Shown here in pieces: positions 39,956 to 49,994 of a DNA stretch of 64,000 nt. Each line of letters begins with the position of its first letter. The first letter of the stretch is position 1. Below the pieces are notes generated by a model. The model ran no database searches. It was given only the letters and a program-made list of their open reading frames with translations, and was not told the DNA's origin. This DNA is from Escherichia phage AidaStucki_Bas93, in sequence record PQ850593.1. The stretch is one strand, 5' to 3'. The position numbers were made by a program, and so were the translations under genes.

Positions 39956-40137
39956 TTGCGCTCTCCTAGCTCTTCGTAATTAAATACAGAGGTTCGACAA
40001 TCTTTACATGTTGTTGTATAGACTCGAACATTAATGTACTTCTTGTTCTTCCCTTTGGTTGGAGAGCCTTTAGCAAGCTCTCTGATAACCTTGTTACTTG
40101 AGTGAAGGTTTGTGCCTTCGCATTTAGAGCACTTCAC
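39952..40137 (-). CDS. Small zinc-ribbon protein
   Basis: CSKCEG ... CKDCRTS Cys pairs. Confidence 0.3.
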   Translation of the reverse strand: MKCSKCEGTNLHSSNKVIRELAKGSPTKGKNKKYINVRVYTTTCKDCRTSVFNYEELGERK

Positions 40138-40717
40138 TCAGGCTCACCAACAGTAACTTCCCATACAACTTGAGAGATGATATTGTTGATCTGTTTGATT
40201 TGCTCGTAAGTCAGTTGCATACCTTTCATCTTCCGAGAGGCATTGCTTCGTGCTCTTCGCTGACGGTAGAAGTTATTCTTTTTAGTAGAGTGTAATCTAC
40301 TCATTTCACAAGCTCCACTTCTTCAATACTGTACCCTTCAAAATACTCACCATCTTGATCATACTGGTTGATTGCTCTTGTTAGTACCCACACTTTCATT
40401 ATTCTTCTCTTTATGAAGTCTATAAACAGCTGTCGCCATGCAAGCAACAGCTTCATTGTGTGGGAGATGCATCCCTGTAGAACCATCCCAATCTTTGAAC
40501 TCATTGTCAAAGACTCCGGTAGGCTCTGGATACAGAGCTTGCAGCTCAACCAAATCATTAGCAACTTGTTGCCATTTATCATCAGACCAGATAGGGTCAT
40601 CCAACCAGTAATACAAATAGGAATGGATGATTAATTGCCTTCTGTGCCGATTAATTACTTCAGCGGGACTTATCTCACTTCCATTTGAAGTCCTAAATGT
40701 ATTACTGTCAATCATGA

Positions 40718-41374
40718 TTAATTATTCCAAGTAGTTGATAAGGCTTTCCAAGAGATAGGATAAAGTTTCTTCATTTCTTCATCAATAGTTTGTGCAAACA
40801 GTCGGACCTCATACTGAGCGTGCTCTGACAGACGTTGACGGCACACATCTGACCAGCCATATAGAGAGCCAGTCCACACCCACTCAGTGATCATCCCCTG
40901 AGGAAGAACAAATCGAGCTTGCTCTGGTGCAACAAATTCAATCAACTTATCATATGCTGCTAGAGAGGATTCATATGCATCGTTAATCAGCATTAATGCT
41001 TCAGCTCGTTCTCCATCGATGAGTTGAATCCCTGAACCTGCATGGAGGTCCGAAGGTCTCGCAAAAATCTCTTTAGGGATGAAGACTTCAACTGCTCCAT
41101 CTTTATACCGACGGGACATTTCGTTCCACGAGAATCCAACCTGATGCTTGCCCAGCTGTCTCGCAATTGCGATAGGTGCTTTGCATCGGAAACTGACTTG
41201 TGGGTGTCGGAATGGAGTAACATGCTTTTCTCTTGCGAGGAAGTTGATGAGACGTTCATCACGTTCATTTAAATCACCTTCACGGGTTACGCCAAAGGAA
41301 ACTCGAGCTGCGTTTACTACGCTACGATCACTTCCCATAGCTTCGATTAATGTTGCTTGTAGTTGTTCATTCAT
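40718..41374 (-). CDS. thyX: Flavin-dependent thymidylate synthase ThyX
   Basis: ThyX core RHPQVSFRCKAPIAIARQLGKHQ plus the overall ThyX pattern. Confidence 0.85.
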   Translation of the reverse strand: MNEQLQATLIEAMGSDRSVVNAARVSFGVTREGDLNERDERLINFLAREKHVTPFRHPQVSFRCKAPIAIARQLGKHQVGFSWNEMSRRYKDGAVEVFIPKEIFARPSDLHAGSGIQLIDGERAEALMLINDAYESSLAAYDKLIEFVAPEQARFVLPQGMITEWVWTGSLYGWSDVCRQRLSEHAQYEVRLFAQTIDEEMKKLYPISWKALSTTWNN

Positions 41375-41389
41375 CCGTGAATATCCTTA

Positions 41390-41665
41390 TTATTTATTGC
41401 TCAGTGCTGTGTCCAAAAATGCTTTCAGGTTTGCTTCAGTCTGCATACCAGAGAGGCTGTAATGTGCGCCACTATTCCGGTCAGGCACAACGAAAGCAGG
41501 AATGCTTCGTACACCATACTTAACAGCTTGTTCACGACCGTCACCCTCAAGGATATTAATCTCTTCCACTTCTACATCGAACTCCTTAACAACCTTCTCA
41601 AAGATAGGAGCCATTGCTTTACATGGAGCACACTGATCACTATAAAACTTAATTACTTTAGACAT
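41390..41665 (-). CDS. Thioredoxin
   Basis: CAPCK active site. SIPAFVV beta-strand. Confidence 0.85.
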   Translation of the reverse strand: MSKVIKFYSDQCAPCKAMAPIFEKVVKEFDVEVEEINILEGDGREQAVKYGVRSIPAFVVPDRNSGAHYSLSGMQTEANLKAFLDTALSNK

Positions 41666-41673
41666 GTAAATCC

Positions 41674-41853
41674 TTATGCAGTCAGGAGGTGAAGCAGGAA
41701 TGGGATAACAACAGCTACGACAACCATGATAGTTGATGCTGTTTGAATCTCACCTTTCTTGTCAGGGGTTTCTTCGATAAGCTTACCAGAAGCCCAATAG
41801 ATACCACCACCAATAAAGATAGCCCAAATACCCCATACGATAGCTGATAACAT
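41674..41853 (-). CDS. Unlisted 59-aa two-TMD membrane protein between the Dps and thioredoxin genes
   Basis: MLSAIVWGIWAIFIGGGIYW ... IMVVVAVVIPFLL. Below the ORF-track cutoff. Confidence 0.3.
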   Translation of the reverse strand: MLSAIVWGIWAIFIGGGIYWASGKLIEETPDKKGEIQTASTIMVVVAVVIPFLLHLLTA

Positions 41854-41867
41854 ATATCTATATCCTT

Positions 41868-41910
41868 ATAAAGAGAAAACCCCGTCTATTCCTAGACAGG
41901 GCTTGAGTTT
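41868..41910. terminator. Hairpin terminator (readable on both strands)
   Basis: CCCCGTCTATTCCTAGACAGGG stem, followed by TTGAGTTTTTT on the plus strand and TTTTCTCTTT on the minus strand. Confidence 0.45.
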
Positions 41911-41911
41911 T

Positions 41912-42475
41912 TTAGTAAGACACATCACCACTTGAGTGGGACATGTTGCTCTTGACAAAGTAGCAATACTTGCCAAGACCTTCATTAATTTCTTGAAGCA
42001 TACTTTGATCGACTGGATAAGTGGCTAAATCGCCATCAAACTCATCCATCTTCTCAATAATACACAACAAGGTCATGCACATATCAGAGAGCATACCGTC
42101 CATGTCTAGATCAGCGTTACCCTCTGAGAACCAAGCATGAGAGAGGTAGTTAGCTGCTGTAGCATCCACTTTAACACAGTGGTAACGCATACGTTCAGCA
42201 ATACGATCTCCTACTTGTCGTGCGTAATCTTCCAGCTCGTCAAACATACCATGAACACCCTGAAATCCTGCACCAGAGACGTTCCAGTGGTAGTTTTTAG
42301 CTTTGATGTGCAAGAGTTCCATATTAGCTTGTAAGCAGCTCAGGATGTGTTCTAGGCTGTTTCCGCTAATCATGCCTTGCATTGTTTCAAGGCGAGAGAT
42401 TGAAAGCTCAGACCGGTCTAACATGCTGTAGCTGTCACGACCAATCTCAGGTAAATCAAAGACATTCTTATGCAT
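41912..42475 (-). CDS. Dps-like ferritin (DNA-binding protein from starved cells family)
   Basis: Dps signature HWNVSGAGFQGVHGMFDELEDYARQVGDRIAERM. The start is placed at MHKNV, after the RBS GGAG. Confidence 0.75.
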   Translation of the reverse strand: MHKNVFDLPEIGRDSYSMLDRSELSISRLETMQGMISGNSLEHILSCLQANMELLHIKAKNYHWNVSGAGFQGVHGMFDELEDYARQVGDRIAERMRYHCVKVDATAANYLSHAWFSEGNADLDMDGMLSDMCMTLLCIIEKMDEFDGDLATYPVDQSMLQEINEGLGKYCYFVKSNMSHSSGDVSY

Positions 42476-43079
42476 TTGGGTTTTCTCCATCAAGTTCAAC
42501 TGAGTTAGCAACGTTACGTGCAATATTGTCCATTACCTGCTGGGTAATTACGATGCAGTTCTGTGGGTCTACTGACTTAGAACGCCCCATTTCTGGGTCA
42601 TACACCTTAACACGCTTAGCAGTTGAACCTGTAACCTGAAGAACCTTCAACAGATATCCCTGATTACCGATAGACCAAGCAACAACATCACGATTCTTGA
42701 TAAAGCGACCAAGCATATCACGATGATAAAACTGTTGCATCACCTTGGATTTTGTAATCTCTTCAGTGGGCGGGGCCACTTTACTCAAATCTAACATAAC
42801 TCTCTCCTGTAAAATACAAACTCTTATTGTACTCTATATACATTTGAGAGTTACCATATCTACTACCAATCAGTAGTGAACTTTTCCGCTAATATAAACA
42901 CGACCAGAGGAATACTCTTTGGCCTTATGGATACTGATACTCTTAGTTAAATCTGTATTGAACATAGACTTTTTAAAATCTCGAGCCTGTTGACGAGTAG
43001 GAAGTGCAGTCATGGTCATACCACCTGATGCCCACTTAATCTTTGCTAACCAAAACTGTCTCATAATGATTGGCCTCAT

Positions 43080-43613
43080 TTACACACCTTTAGATGCAAC
43101 TACACCTTCAGAGTTATTATAACGACCCTTCACTGCATAGGAATGCTCCCCTGCATGAGAGTGCTCAAACATGACCATCTGACCAACACGCATACCAGCA
43201 CGAACTCGTAAGCTGTGGTGCTTTGTTACGTTATGAAATTCAAATGTCAGCTTACTGCTATTAAATCCAGCGTCTGCCCACCCAGCGTGGAGGTGGTTCA
43301 AACCACAACGAGCCATAGATGAACGCAGGACAAACAGGCTTGAAATGTTATCTGGAAGGTTAAACTCCTCCATAGAGTGAGCCAAGAAGAACTGACCCGG
43401 AGTGATAACCAAACCCTCTTCAGGAATTTTTACTTCCTTCCACTGAAGATTCTCTTTCGCATCAATATCAACGATGCCATCAGCCTGTTCTTCAACAAGG
43501 ATAGTATCACCAATACGGATATCCACACTAGCAGCGTTAACATACTTATGCTCCGCATCCAGATAGCCATTGTCAATTACATCATGCAGTTCAATACTTC
43601 CTAGTAAACTCAT
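43080..43613 (-). CDS. dcd: dCTP deaminase
   Basis: Conserved GWADAGFNSSKLTFEFHN and the dUTPase-like fold pattern. Confidence 0.85.
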   Translation of the reverse strand: MSLLGSIELHDVIDNGYLDAEHKYVNAASVDIRIGDTILVEEQADGIVDIDAKENLQWKEVKIPEEGLVITPGQFFLAHSMEEFNLPDNISSLFVLRSSMARCGLNHLHAGWADAGFNSSKLTFEFHNVTKHHSLRVRAGMRVGQMVMFEHSHAGEHSYAVKGRYNNSEGVVASKGV

Positions 43614-43622
43614 TCTTATTCC

Positions 43623-44870
43623 TTAGTTGTTTGTTTCTATGTCAAAAGAGAATCCACGACCCGCTTCATCGGCAAACCGAGCTGTATGGGTTTGAGGCTC
43701 TAATACTTCAGGGTTGTTAGCAATAAAGCGAGCGGCGAGATTATCTTCCACATCTTGACTAGAGGGCTGACGTGCGCTAACAGTTAAACCATTTGGTCGA
43801 CCATTAGAACGTCTAGACAACCACTGCTCAAATGAATCACTAGTAACACCAAGAGCCTCTTCAAAAGATGTTCTACGAGTAGGGCTTACTCTTCGTGACT
43901 CTTGTGCTCGACGCATTGCAGGGGCTACAAACACCCCTTCAATTGCATTATGTCGATTAGGTTCATCTTCCCGACCAAGGAGATCACCTCCTGCATTAGT
44001 TGTTAAGTTTGTCAACCCTTCAGACCAATACGCACGAATCTGGCTAGAGCCATAAATGCTTGACATTAACTGAATCTCTTCATAAGGTATATCAAAGAAT
44101 CGACTCATATCTCGGTTAACACAATACTGAGCACTTGTTGTATCCTCAATAAGAGCAACCTGACCCCGTTCGTTGACCAGATGACTAACCGGCTGAGGTG
44201 TGGGAAGGTGTCGAGTTTGGGCCATGTATTGATATGCAGCTGCTGGAGAGGAAAATCTCAACACTTGCGAGTTAGGCCACTTCTTGTGAACATACCTGAT
44301 TTCACGACTAGAAACAACCACTGGACAAGGGGCGGTCATAGCCAAGTATCCATGAGGGGTCATGAATAAGTTATCAAGAGTCATCGCACCACGGCACATC
44401 ATAGGAAAATTATCCAATACCTCTTCAATAGAAGTAGGATAATTAAACATGAATTGGATACGAACACCATTCCACTGAAACTCAATAATATCAGTGAATG
44501 TTAATTGAGAACCCCCAGCATATGATTCGTTCGTAGCTTCAACAAGAAGAGATGAATACTCAATATCTTGTGATTCAAGCCATTCCTTCACATTACTTTC
44601 AATCTCCCGTCCAAGCATTTGCCACTGCTCGGCTGGGATAAAGGTATTTCGAGTTCTTGGTGTTTGTCCTCTGACAATAAAGATATCAATGTCATGTGGA
44701 GCTATGTTATTAAGAACAGCATCACGAATAGCTCCACCAGTAATGATAGGGCAAATACCATCTGGAATCAAGTTGTTGTTAATCAACTGTTCAATGAAGT
44801 GACGACCAACAGTGATATCAGGTTGTTGAGCAACCTTATCTTCAATTCGGTTAATCGGGATAACAATCAT
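43623..44870 (-). CDS. Pol-beta superfamily nucleotidyltransferase with a CCA-adding or poly(A)-polymerase-type head domain
   Basis: GGAIRD ... HDIDIF catalytic motifs. The start is trimmed to MIVIPINRI, directly after the stop of the upstream gene (ATGTAAAATG). Confidence 0.55.
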   Translation of the reverse strand: MIVIPINRIEDKVAQQPDITVGRHFIEQLINNNLIPDGICPIITGGAIRDAVLNNIAPHDIDIFIVRGQTPRTRNTFIPAEQWQMLGREIESNVKEWLESQDIEYSSLLVEATNESYAGGSQLTFTDIIEFQWNGVRIQFMFNYPTSIEEVLDNFPMMCRGAMTLDNLFMTPHGYLAMTAPCPVVVSSREIRYVHKKWPNSQVLRFSSPAAAYQYMAQTRHLPTPQPVSHLVNERGQVALIEDTTSAQYCVNRDMSRFFDIPYEEIQLMSSIYGSSQIRAYWSEGLTNLTTNAGGDLLGREDEPNRHNAIEGVFVAPAMRRAQESRRVSPTRRTSFEEALGVTSDSFEQWLSRRSNGRPNGLTVSARQPSSQDVEDNLAARFIANNPEVLEPQTHTARFADEAGRGFSFDIETNN

Positions 44871-44871
44871 T

Positions 44872-45426
44872 TTACATTTTCCAATATAATGAAGGTGGGT
44901 CGTAAGGATCAAATCCTGTGAGTTCACACAAGTATTTATAAACCTTAACAGTTAAGTTAACGTCCTGTTCACAGTAAGTAAACATATCTTCAGTGAAAGC
45001 ATCCCATGCTTCCTCTTGCTCACCGTAATCTCCTTTAAGTTCCCCCAAGAACTCACCCCATTGCTTCAAACCGTGACCTCTTGGGCCATGTCTAGGGTCG
45101 CCTTTCGGATACTCAGGACTGTCACCAATACGATCAGGTTTAAGATATCGACTAAGACACAGAGTGTCGAAGACGTTAAAATGATATTTAATCAGATTGG
45201 GATATATTTTCTTCAGAGCACAAAGGTCGAAGTCAATAATGTTATGGCCCACGAGCACATCAGCTTCTGTAAGTTTACGAATCCCATCTTCAATTTGGTG
45301 AGGCCGGTAGCCCCACCTTTCACCAGTTTCAACATCGAAAATGTAAATACACCATACTTTAGTTATATCATCGTACAGTGCGTTACTTTCGATATCAAAT
45401 GCAAACACTTTCTTTTTCTTTACCAC
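44872..45426 (-). CDS. Free-standing DnaQ-like 3'-5' exonuclease (proofreading domain encoded separately from the polymerase)
   Basis: Exo I FAFDIESN. Exo [11 protein letters not shown]. Exo [16 protein letters not shown]. Confidence 0.7.
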   Translation of the reverse strand: MVKKKKVFAFDIESNALYDDITKVWCIYIFDVETGERWGYRPHQIEDGIRKLTEADVLVGHNIIDFDLCALKKIYPNLIKYHFNVFDTLCLSRYLKPDRIGDSPEYPKGDPRHGPRGHGLKQWGEFLGELKGDYGEQEEAWDAFTEDMFTYCEQDVNLTVKVYKYLCELTGFDPYDPPSLYWKM

Positions 45427-47210
45427 GGTGAAGCTCCATCTGCTTGGTTAACGAGAGAAGCTGCATCCTCTCCGTTAGTTAAAACGAATGGATTATCTTC
45501 ATCAACTTCAAAGTCTTCCCTTTCTACAAGTCTACCGGTTTCACTGATATACTTAGTATAACAGACACCAGTCTGACCGTAGTTACGTTCTTTCAGTAAT
45601 CGAATGACCGAGAGGTTCTTAGCTAAGCCATCAGCTTGCTTGTCACGTTCAAAGCCAATGATGCACTGACACCAACGCATAAGTGAACGAGAACCAGTGA
45701 ACTGCACTTCACGTACCTGTCCACCTTCTTCGTGAGGAGCACCACCTGCCGGGGCATTAAGGTGAGATAACACGAAAGCTGTAAAGTCTAATTCTTTACA
45801 CATACCAGCAAGCTCGGAAGCAATCTTACTGATTTCAGTGTTAATCTCTGAAGGTGTTAAATGAGATACCAGAGCGGTAATGTTATCAAGGATGATGAAC
45901 TTACACTGGTTTTCAACTACCCAGAAACGTATACACTGTTTAATGTCTTCCCATTCATTCTGTCCGAAGTTGTCATACAAGAAGAATTTATCTGCATAAC
46001 GAAGTGCTTCATTACGCAAATCTTCCTCGTCATATTCAACATCAGGTCGGTGGAAAGGGATTGATGCTGACTTACCAGCAATATTCTTAACAGACATGCC
46101 TACCTTCTCTTCCAAGAAGAAGCCACCCCCATTAAAACCATGCTCTAAGCACAGATGAGCAACCAGTTCGTGAGCAATTAGTGTTTTACCACTGCCTACA
46201 CCACCACCTATTGCTACCACCTCTCCCCATCGAATACCGAAGGTCATCTCATTCAGAGTTTTCCACGGATAGGGAATACCCCACTCCGCTTTCTTCAGAG
46301 CATCATCAAGGCAATCAAAGATTGTTACAGCGCCAGCAGGAGATTCCCGCTTTGCTGAATACTTGAGAATGTTGAATAACTCTTGACCACGACCAGACAG
46401 AAGCATGTCATTCGCATCCTTAATCTCTTTCTCCACACCGTTGTATGGGAAGGTTCCTTTAGGGATACGAGCAAATTTGACATGAGGGAATAAAGAACGA
46501 CCTTTTGTTAAAGCTATCTCACCTGCATCGTCATTGTCCATGCAGAGCACAACCTCCTCAAAACCATTTACGAAGTCCCGATTACGAGACAACACAGAAG
46601 AGATTGAACCTGCACCGAACGGTAAAGAAACACATGCTGGTTTAATGTTTGTTGCATTTGTAAAAGCTGTAAGGACGTGGAAACCAGACATACAAGATAG
46701 CGGGTCTTCAAAAATGAATAGCTTCTTGTTGTACACATCCCCACGTTGAGCTTGTGCCATACCAAAAAGATCTGCTTCTTTTACACTACCTACGTAATAG
46801 AACTTCTTACTATCTAGCAGCTTAACCTCGTAACCAACAATGTTTCCATCACGTTCACGAGGAAAGAAGTAGCTGTCCGGAGTCTGTCCATCAGTCTGAC
46901 TTAGACCGATGCGACACTCAAAACGCTCTGATACAGCTTTAGGGATTAGACGTCGAGTGAGTTCACCCTGAGGAAGTTCTAAGCAATCATCTAAGACTTC
47001 TCTTAACTCTTCAGGGGATAACTCTTTCTTCTCATTTGGAGTAGGTGCAGTGCCCTTTTCGAACACTTCGTAATTCCCACAACGGTTACAACTTCCCCAC
47101 TCCTCACCTGTCTCTTCGTTACGGAAGAGAATCATGTGGTTGTGGGTTTTATCACGACCATGAGAGATACATTCTTTACAACCTGTGTCTCCCAAAATGA
47201 TCTTTGACAT
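45420..47210 (-). CDS. Primase-helicase (T7 gp4-like)
   Basis: N-terminal Zn-ribbon CKEC ... CNRC. TOPRIM EDPLS and DNDDAG. DnaB-like Walker [10 protein letters not shown] and Walker B. Confidence 0.9.
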   Translation of the reverse strand: MSKIILGDTGCKECISHGRDKTHNHMILFRNEETGEEWGSCNRCGNYEVFEKGTAPTPNEKKELSPEELREVLDDCLELPQGELTRRLIPKAVSERFECRIGLSQTDGQTPDSYFFPRERDGNIVGYEVKLLDSKKFYYVGSVKEADLFGMAQAQRGDVYNKKLFIFEDPLSCMSGFHVLTAFTNATNIKPACVSLPFGAGSISSVLSRNRDFVNGFEEVVLCMDNDDAGEIALTKGRSLFPHVKFARIPKGTFPYNGVEKEIKDANDMLLSGRGQELFNILKYSAKRESPAGAVTIFDCLDDALKKAEWGIPYPWKTLNEMTFGIRWGEVVAIGGGVGSGKTLIAHELVAHLCLEHGFNGGGFFLEEKVGMSVKNIAGKSASIPFHRPDVEYDEEDLRNEALRYADKFFLYDNFGQNEWEDIKQCIRFWVVENQCKFIILDNITALVSHLTPSEINTEISKIASELAGMCKELDFTAFVLSHLNAPAGGAPHEEGGQVREVQFTGSRSLMRWCQCIIGFERDKQADGLAKNLSVIRLLKERNYGQTGVCYTKYISETGRLVEREDFEVDEDNPFVLTNGEDAASLVNQADGASPW

Positions 47211-47429
47211 GCTCTTCCTCCTTGGAATCCTTGAGCTTAGTAGAACGAACGAATTTCATCCCACACTTGTTCCTGTTCTTTCCTATAAAAAGAAAGTTGG
47301 GTCTTGAACATCTCCACTGATGATTCAAAGTTTTTAGATTGTGCAGCTTCAACGAAACGTTCATGTCGGTTGATTTTGCACCGTAGCATTAAATACTTGG
47401 CTTCAAGTCTCCGAAGAGCCTGTCTTTTC

Positions 47430-47849
47430 TCAAGATTCACTTTTCAGATACTCTGACCAGTCGCCAGATTCAACCAGAACGTCTTGTTCTTCGTCGATGT
47501 GATAAATCCAAGCGATAACAGTTTCACCTGAGTCCATCTTAACTGGAATCTGAGTGCGTTGATAGAAACTATCTTCAGGGCTACGTTTGTTGTAACCTTC
47601 CAGTCGGTCATATGGACCTTCCAGACCTTCTTTGTCAGTAGCAAACACTTCTACACGAACAGGCTTATTGTTATTGCTGTGTGCGAGAGAGATGCTTGGG
47701 AAGTAGGAACCACCATAACGGAACAGATCAAAGTTGTCTTCAGTCCAACCTTCACCAATTGACTTAGCACCAGCTCGGTCATTAACTAAATAGTTAGCTT
47801 GACCACGACGAAGAGAACCATAAGTTGCTACGTAAATTACTTCTGACAT
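47430..47849 (-). CDS. Gamma-glutamyl cyclotransferase-like (AIG2/GGCT fold) protein
   Basis: N-terminal YVATYGSLRRG motif, characteristic of the AIG2/GGCT family. Confidence 0.55.
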   Translation of the reverse strand: MSEVIYVATYGSLRRGQANYLVNDRAGAKSIGEGWTEDNFDLFRYGGSYFPSISLAHSNNNKPVRVEVFATDKEGLEGPYDRLEGYNKRSPEDSFYQRTQIPVKMDSGETVIAWIYHIDEEQDVLVESGDWSEYLKSES

Positions 47850-48355
47850 TATTTATACCTTTGTTGGTTTGTTTGGTTTATCCGAACTAGCCTCCTCTTT
47901 CGAAGAGGCTAAAGCAGATTACTCTGTAATAAAGATTTTGATTACACCGCAGATTGCCGCACTTTCAAATACTGCAACAGCTTCACTCCCTTGAAAGAAG
48001 GCCACCTTGCCATCAGAGAAGTTAAACATGTCGGCATCTAGGTCCATTGCTCGCATTTCACCAGCTGCATTGGTATCTTTAAACAGAACTTTATACTTAT
48101 TCACAGATATGTTACTCCCTTGTCTTGTTGTGCTTCAGTGATGATACGTTCTACACATTCCATAGAATATTTATCACCACGTTTCAGAAAAGTTACAATT
48201 GCAGAGAACTGGTTGCCAATCATTCGCTGATTAGTGATACCCCATTCTTCACACAATTTACGCAACTCTTTACGAGAGCCTACAATCAGAGGCTCTTTTT
48301 GTTCCATCATTCCATTTTGTACTAGATCTTCCAATGAAAACATATCCATATATCC

Positions 48356-49549
48356 TTAGTAGTTTACAACAGTACCATCATTCAGGGTAATGCTATTAAT
48401 CTGCAACACACGACCAAGCTGACGATTACTGATTGGTGCGTTCCATCCAGAACGGTAGAAGTTACGACCGCAGAAGAACAAGATCACATTACTTGCTACA
48501 ATTGAACCATTCTCAGGGTGCTTAATGTTAGCGATATAATAACCACGACGAAGATTGCGACGGGTGATTGGAGTGATCTCTAACCCTTGCTCTTCAACTT
48601 GCATTGTTTCAGGAACAGGTTCCGAAGACTCTTCAGCAACTGACTCAGCTGTCAATGTAGAGTTCTCATCACCTGATGATTCAGCAGATTCTTCCACTTC
48701 TTCAACAGGCAGTTCGTAAGCAACACGGTAGTTAGGCTCAACTCCAGAGAAGCTCTTAACAAATTCAACGATATTATGAGTGTAAGTTTCCAGAGTTGTA
48801 CCAGTCAGTCCCGGAGCAGTGTTCACTTCCAGAACCCAAGCGTTAGTACCTTTACTGATCAGGTCAACAGCACCGAAGTTTAAACCTAGAGCAGATACAG
48901 CTTTGTGAGCTTGAATCAGAACTTGATCAGGAGGAGCTTCAGTGAATGCGTTAGAGTAAACCCAACCAGTGTGATGGTTACGAATATCTTCACGATAGCT
49001 TTCCAGTTCACGATACCCGTTACGACGGATCTTCTTCTGAACGTAAGTGATAACACCTTCGAACACATGGACACGCCATTCACGACGTGGGCCTTGAATG
49101 CCACGGGTATAGAGAGGGGCGGGAGATATACCTTCACCTGGAAGACGAACAGTGATACCTTCTCCAGAATGACCATTCAAAATAGCACGTTCATAAACAA
49201 TACTATCCAGATTCCATTCTGACGCCTGAGCAGCACGGATTGAGTACTCTACAGTGGATACCCCAGCAGCTTCCAGAGTTTGAAATGCTGTGATTTTGTT
49301 AGCCGCTCGGTTCAAGGCAACCACAGAGTTCAATACAGTTGCCCCACCAAAGAAAGAATCATTGTATCGACGGTTTCCGTAGTTGACAACAATATCACCA
49401 ACACGAGAACGGTAACGAGAACCCTCTGATACCAGAGACATTACGTTAGCATTTAAGCGAAGTTCCTGAACCTTAGTATTGATTGCAGAAGTAAGTTCAC
49501 GAACTGAATCAGAAGGGCCATAAGGAAGAACACGGATACGAGTAGTCAT
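48356..49549 (-). CDS. ATP-grasp ligase (RimK-like), followed by an acidic linker and an extra C-terminal domain
   Basis: NKITAFQTLEAAGVSTVEY. EWRVHVFEGVI. FGAVDLISKGTNAWVLEVNTAPGL. Confidence 0.75.
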   Translation of the reverse strand: MTTRIRVLPYGPSDSVRELTSAINTKVQELRLNANVMSLVSEGSRYRSRVGDIVVNYGNRRYNDSFFGGATVLNSVVALNRAANKITAFQTLEAAGVSTVEYSIRAAQASEWNLDSIVYERAILNGHSGEGITVRLPGEGISPAPLYTRGIQGPRREWRVHVFEGVITYVQKKIRRNGYRELESYREDIRNHHTGWVYSNAFTEAPPDQVLIQAHKAVSALGLNFGAVDLISKGTNAWVLEVNTAPGLTGTTLETYTHNIVEFVKSFSGVEPNYRVAYELPVEEVEESAESSGDENSTLTAESVAEESSEPVPETMQVEEQGLEITPITRRNLRRGYYIANIKHPENGSIVASNVILFFCGRNFYRSGWNAPISNRQLGRVLQINSITLNDGTVVNY

Positions 49550-49994
49550 TGTTAGATACCTTTAAGTTTAAGAATTTCGTTACGAGTTTTTTGAATCTGA
49601 GCTTCAATTTCGAAGTAGTCATTGAACGCATCGTTCTCTACTTCATCGGATGGTGCATCAATCAGACCGAAAGCAAACGGATACAGCTTTCGCTGCTCCG
49701 TTACTAATTCGATATGAACTCCTATGTAATACTGTAGGAGAGTAATCTTCGGTTTCTTAGGAACCAGACTTAACATGAGGTTCTACCTTAATGCCTTTAA
49801 TTTTTACATAATCAGCAAGTACGTTATTGATCACCGTTGGGAATGGAACCTCAACTTGTGTCTCAAGTACTTGACCAATACCAGCTTGCATCCACTTCTG
49901 GATTGCACGAAGGTTATCACATCCTGTGCTCGTCATCGGGATACGTCGAGTAGTTACAACATTATCCAACATCATTTTTCTGATTTCCATAAAC

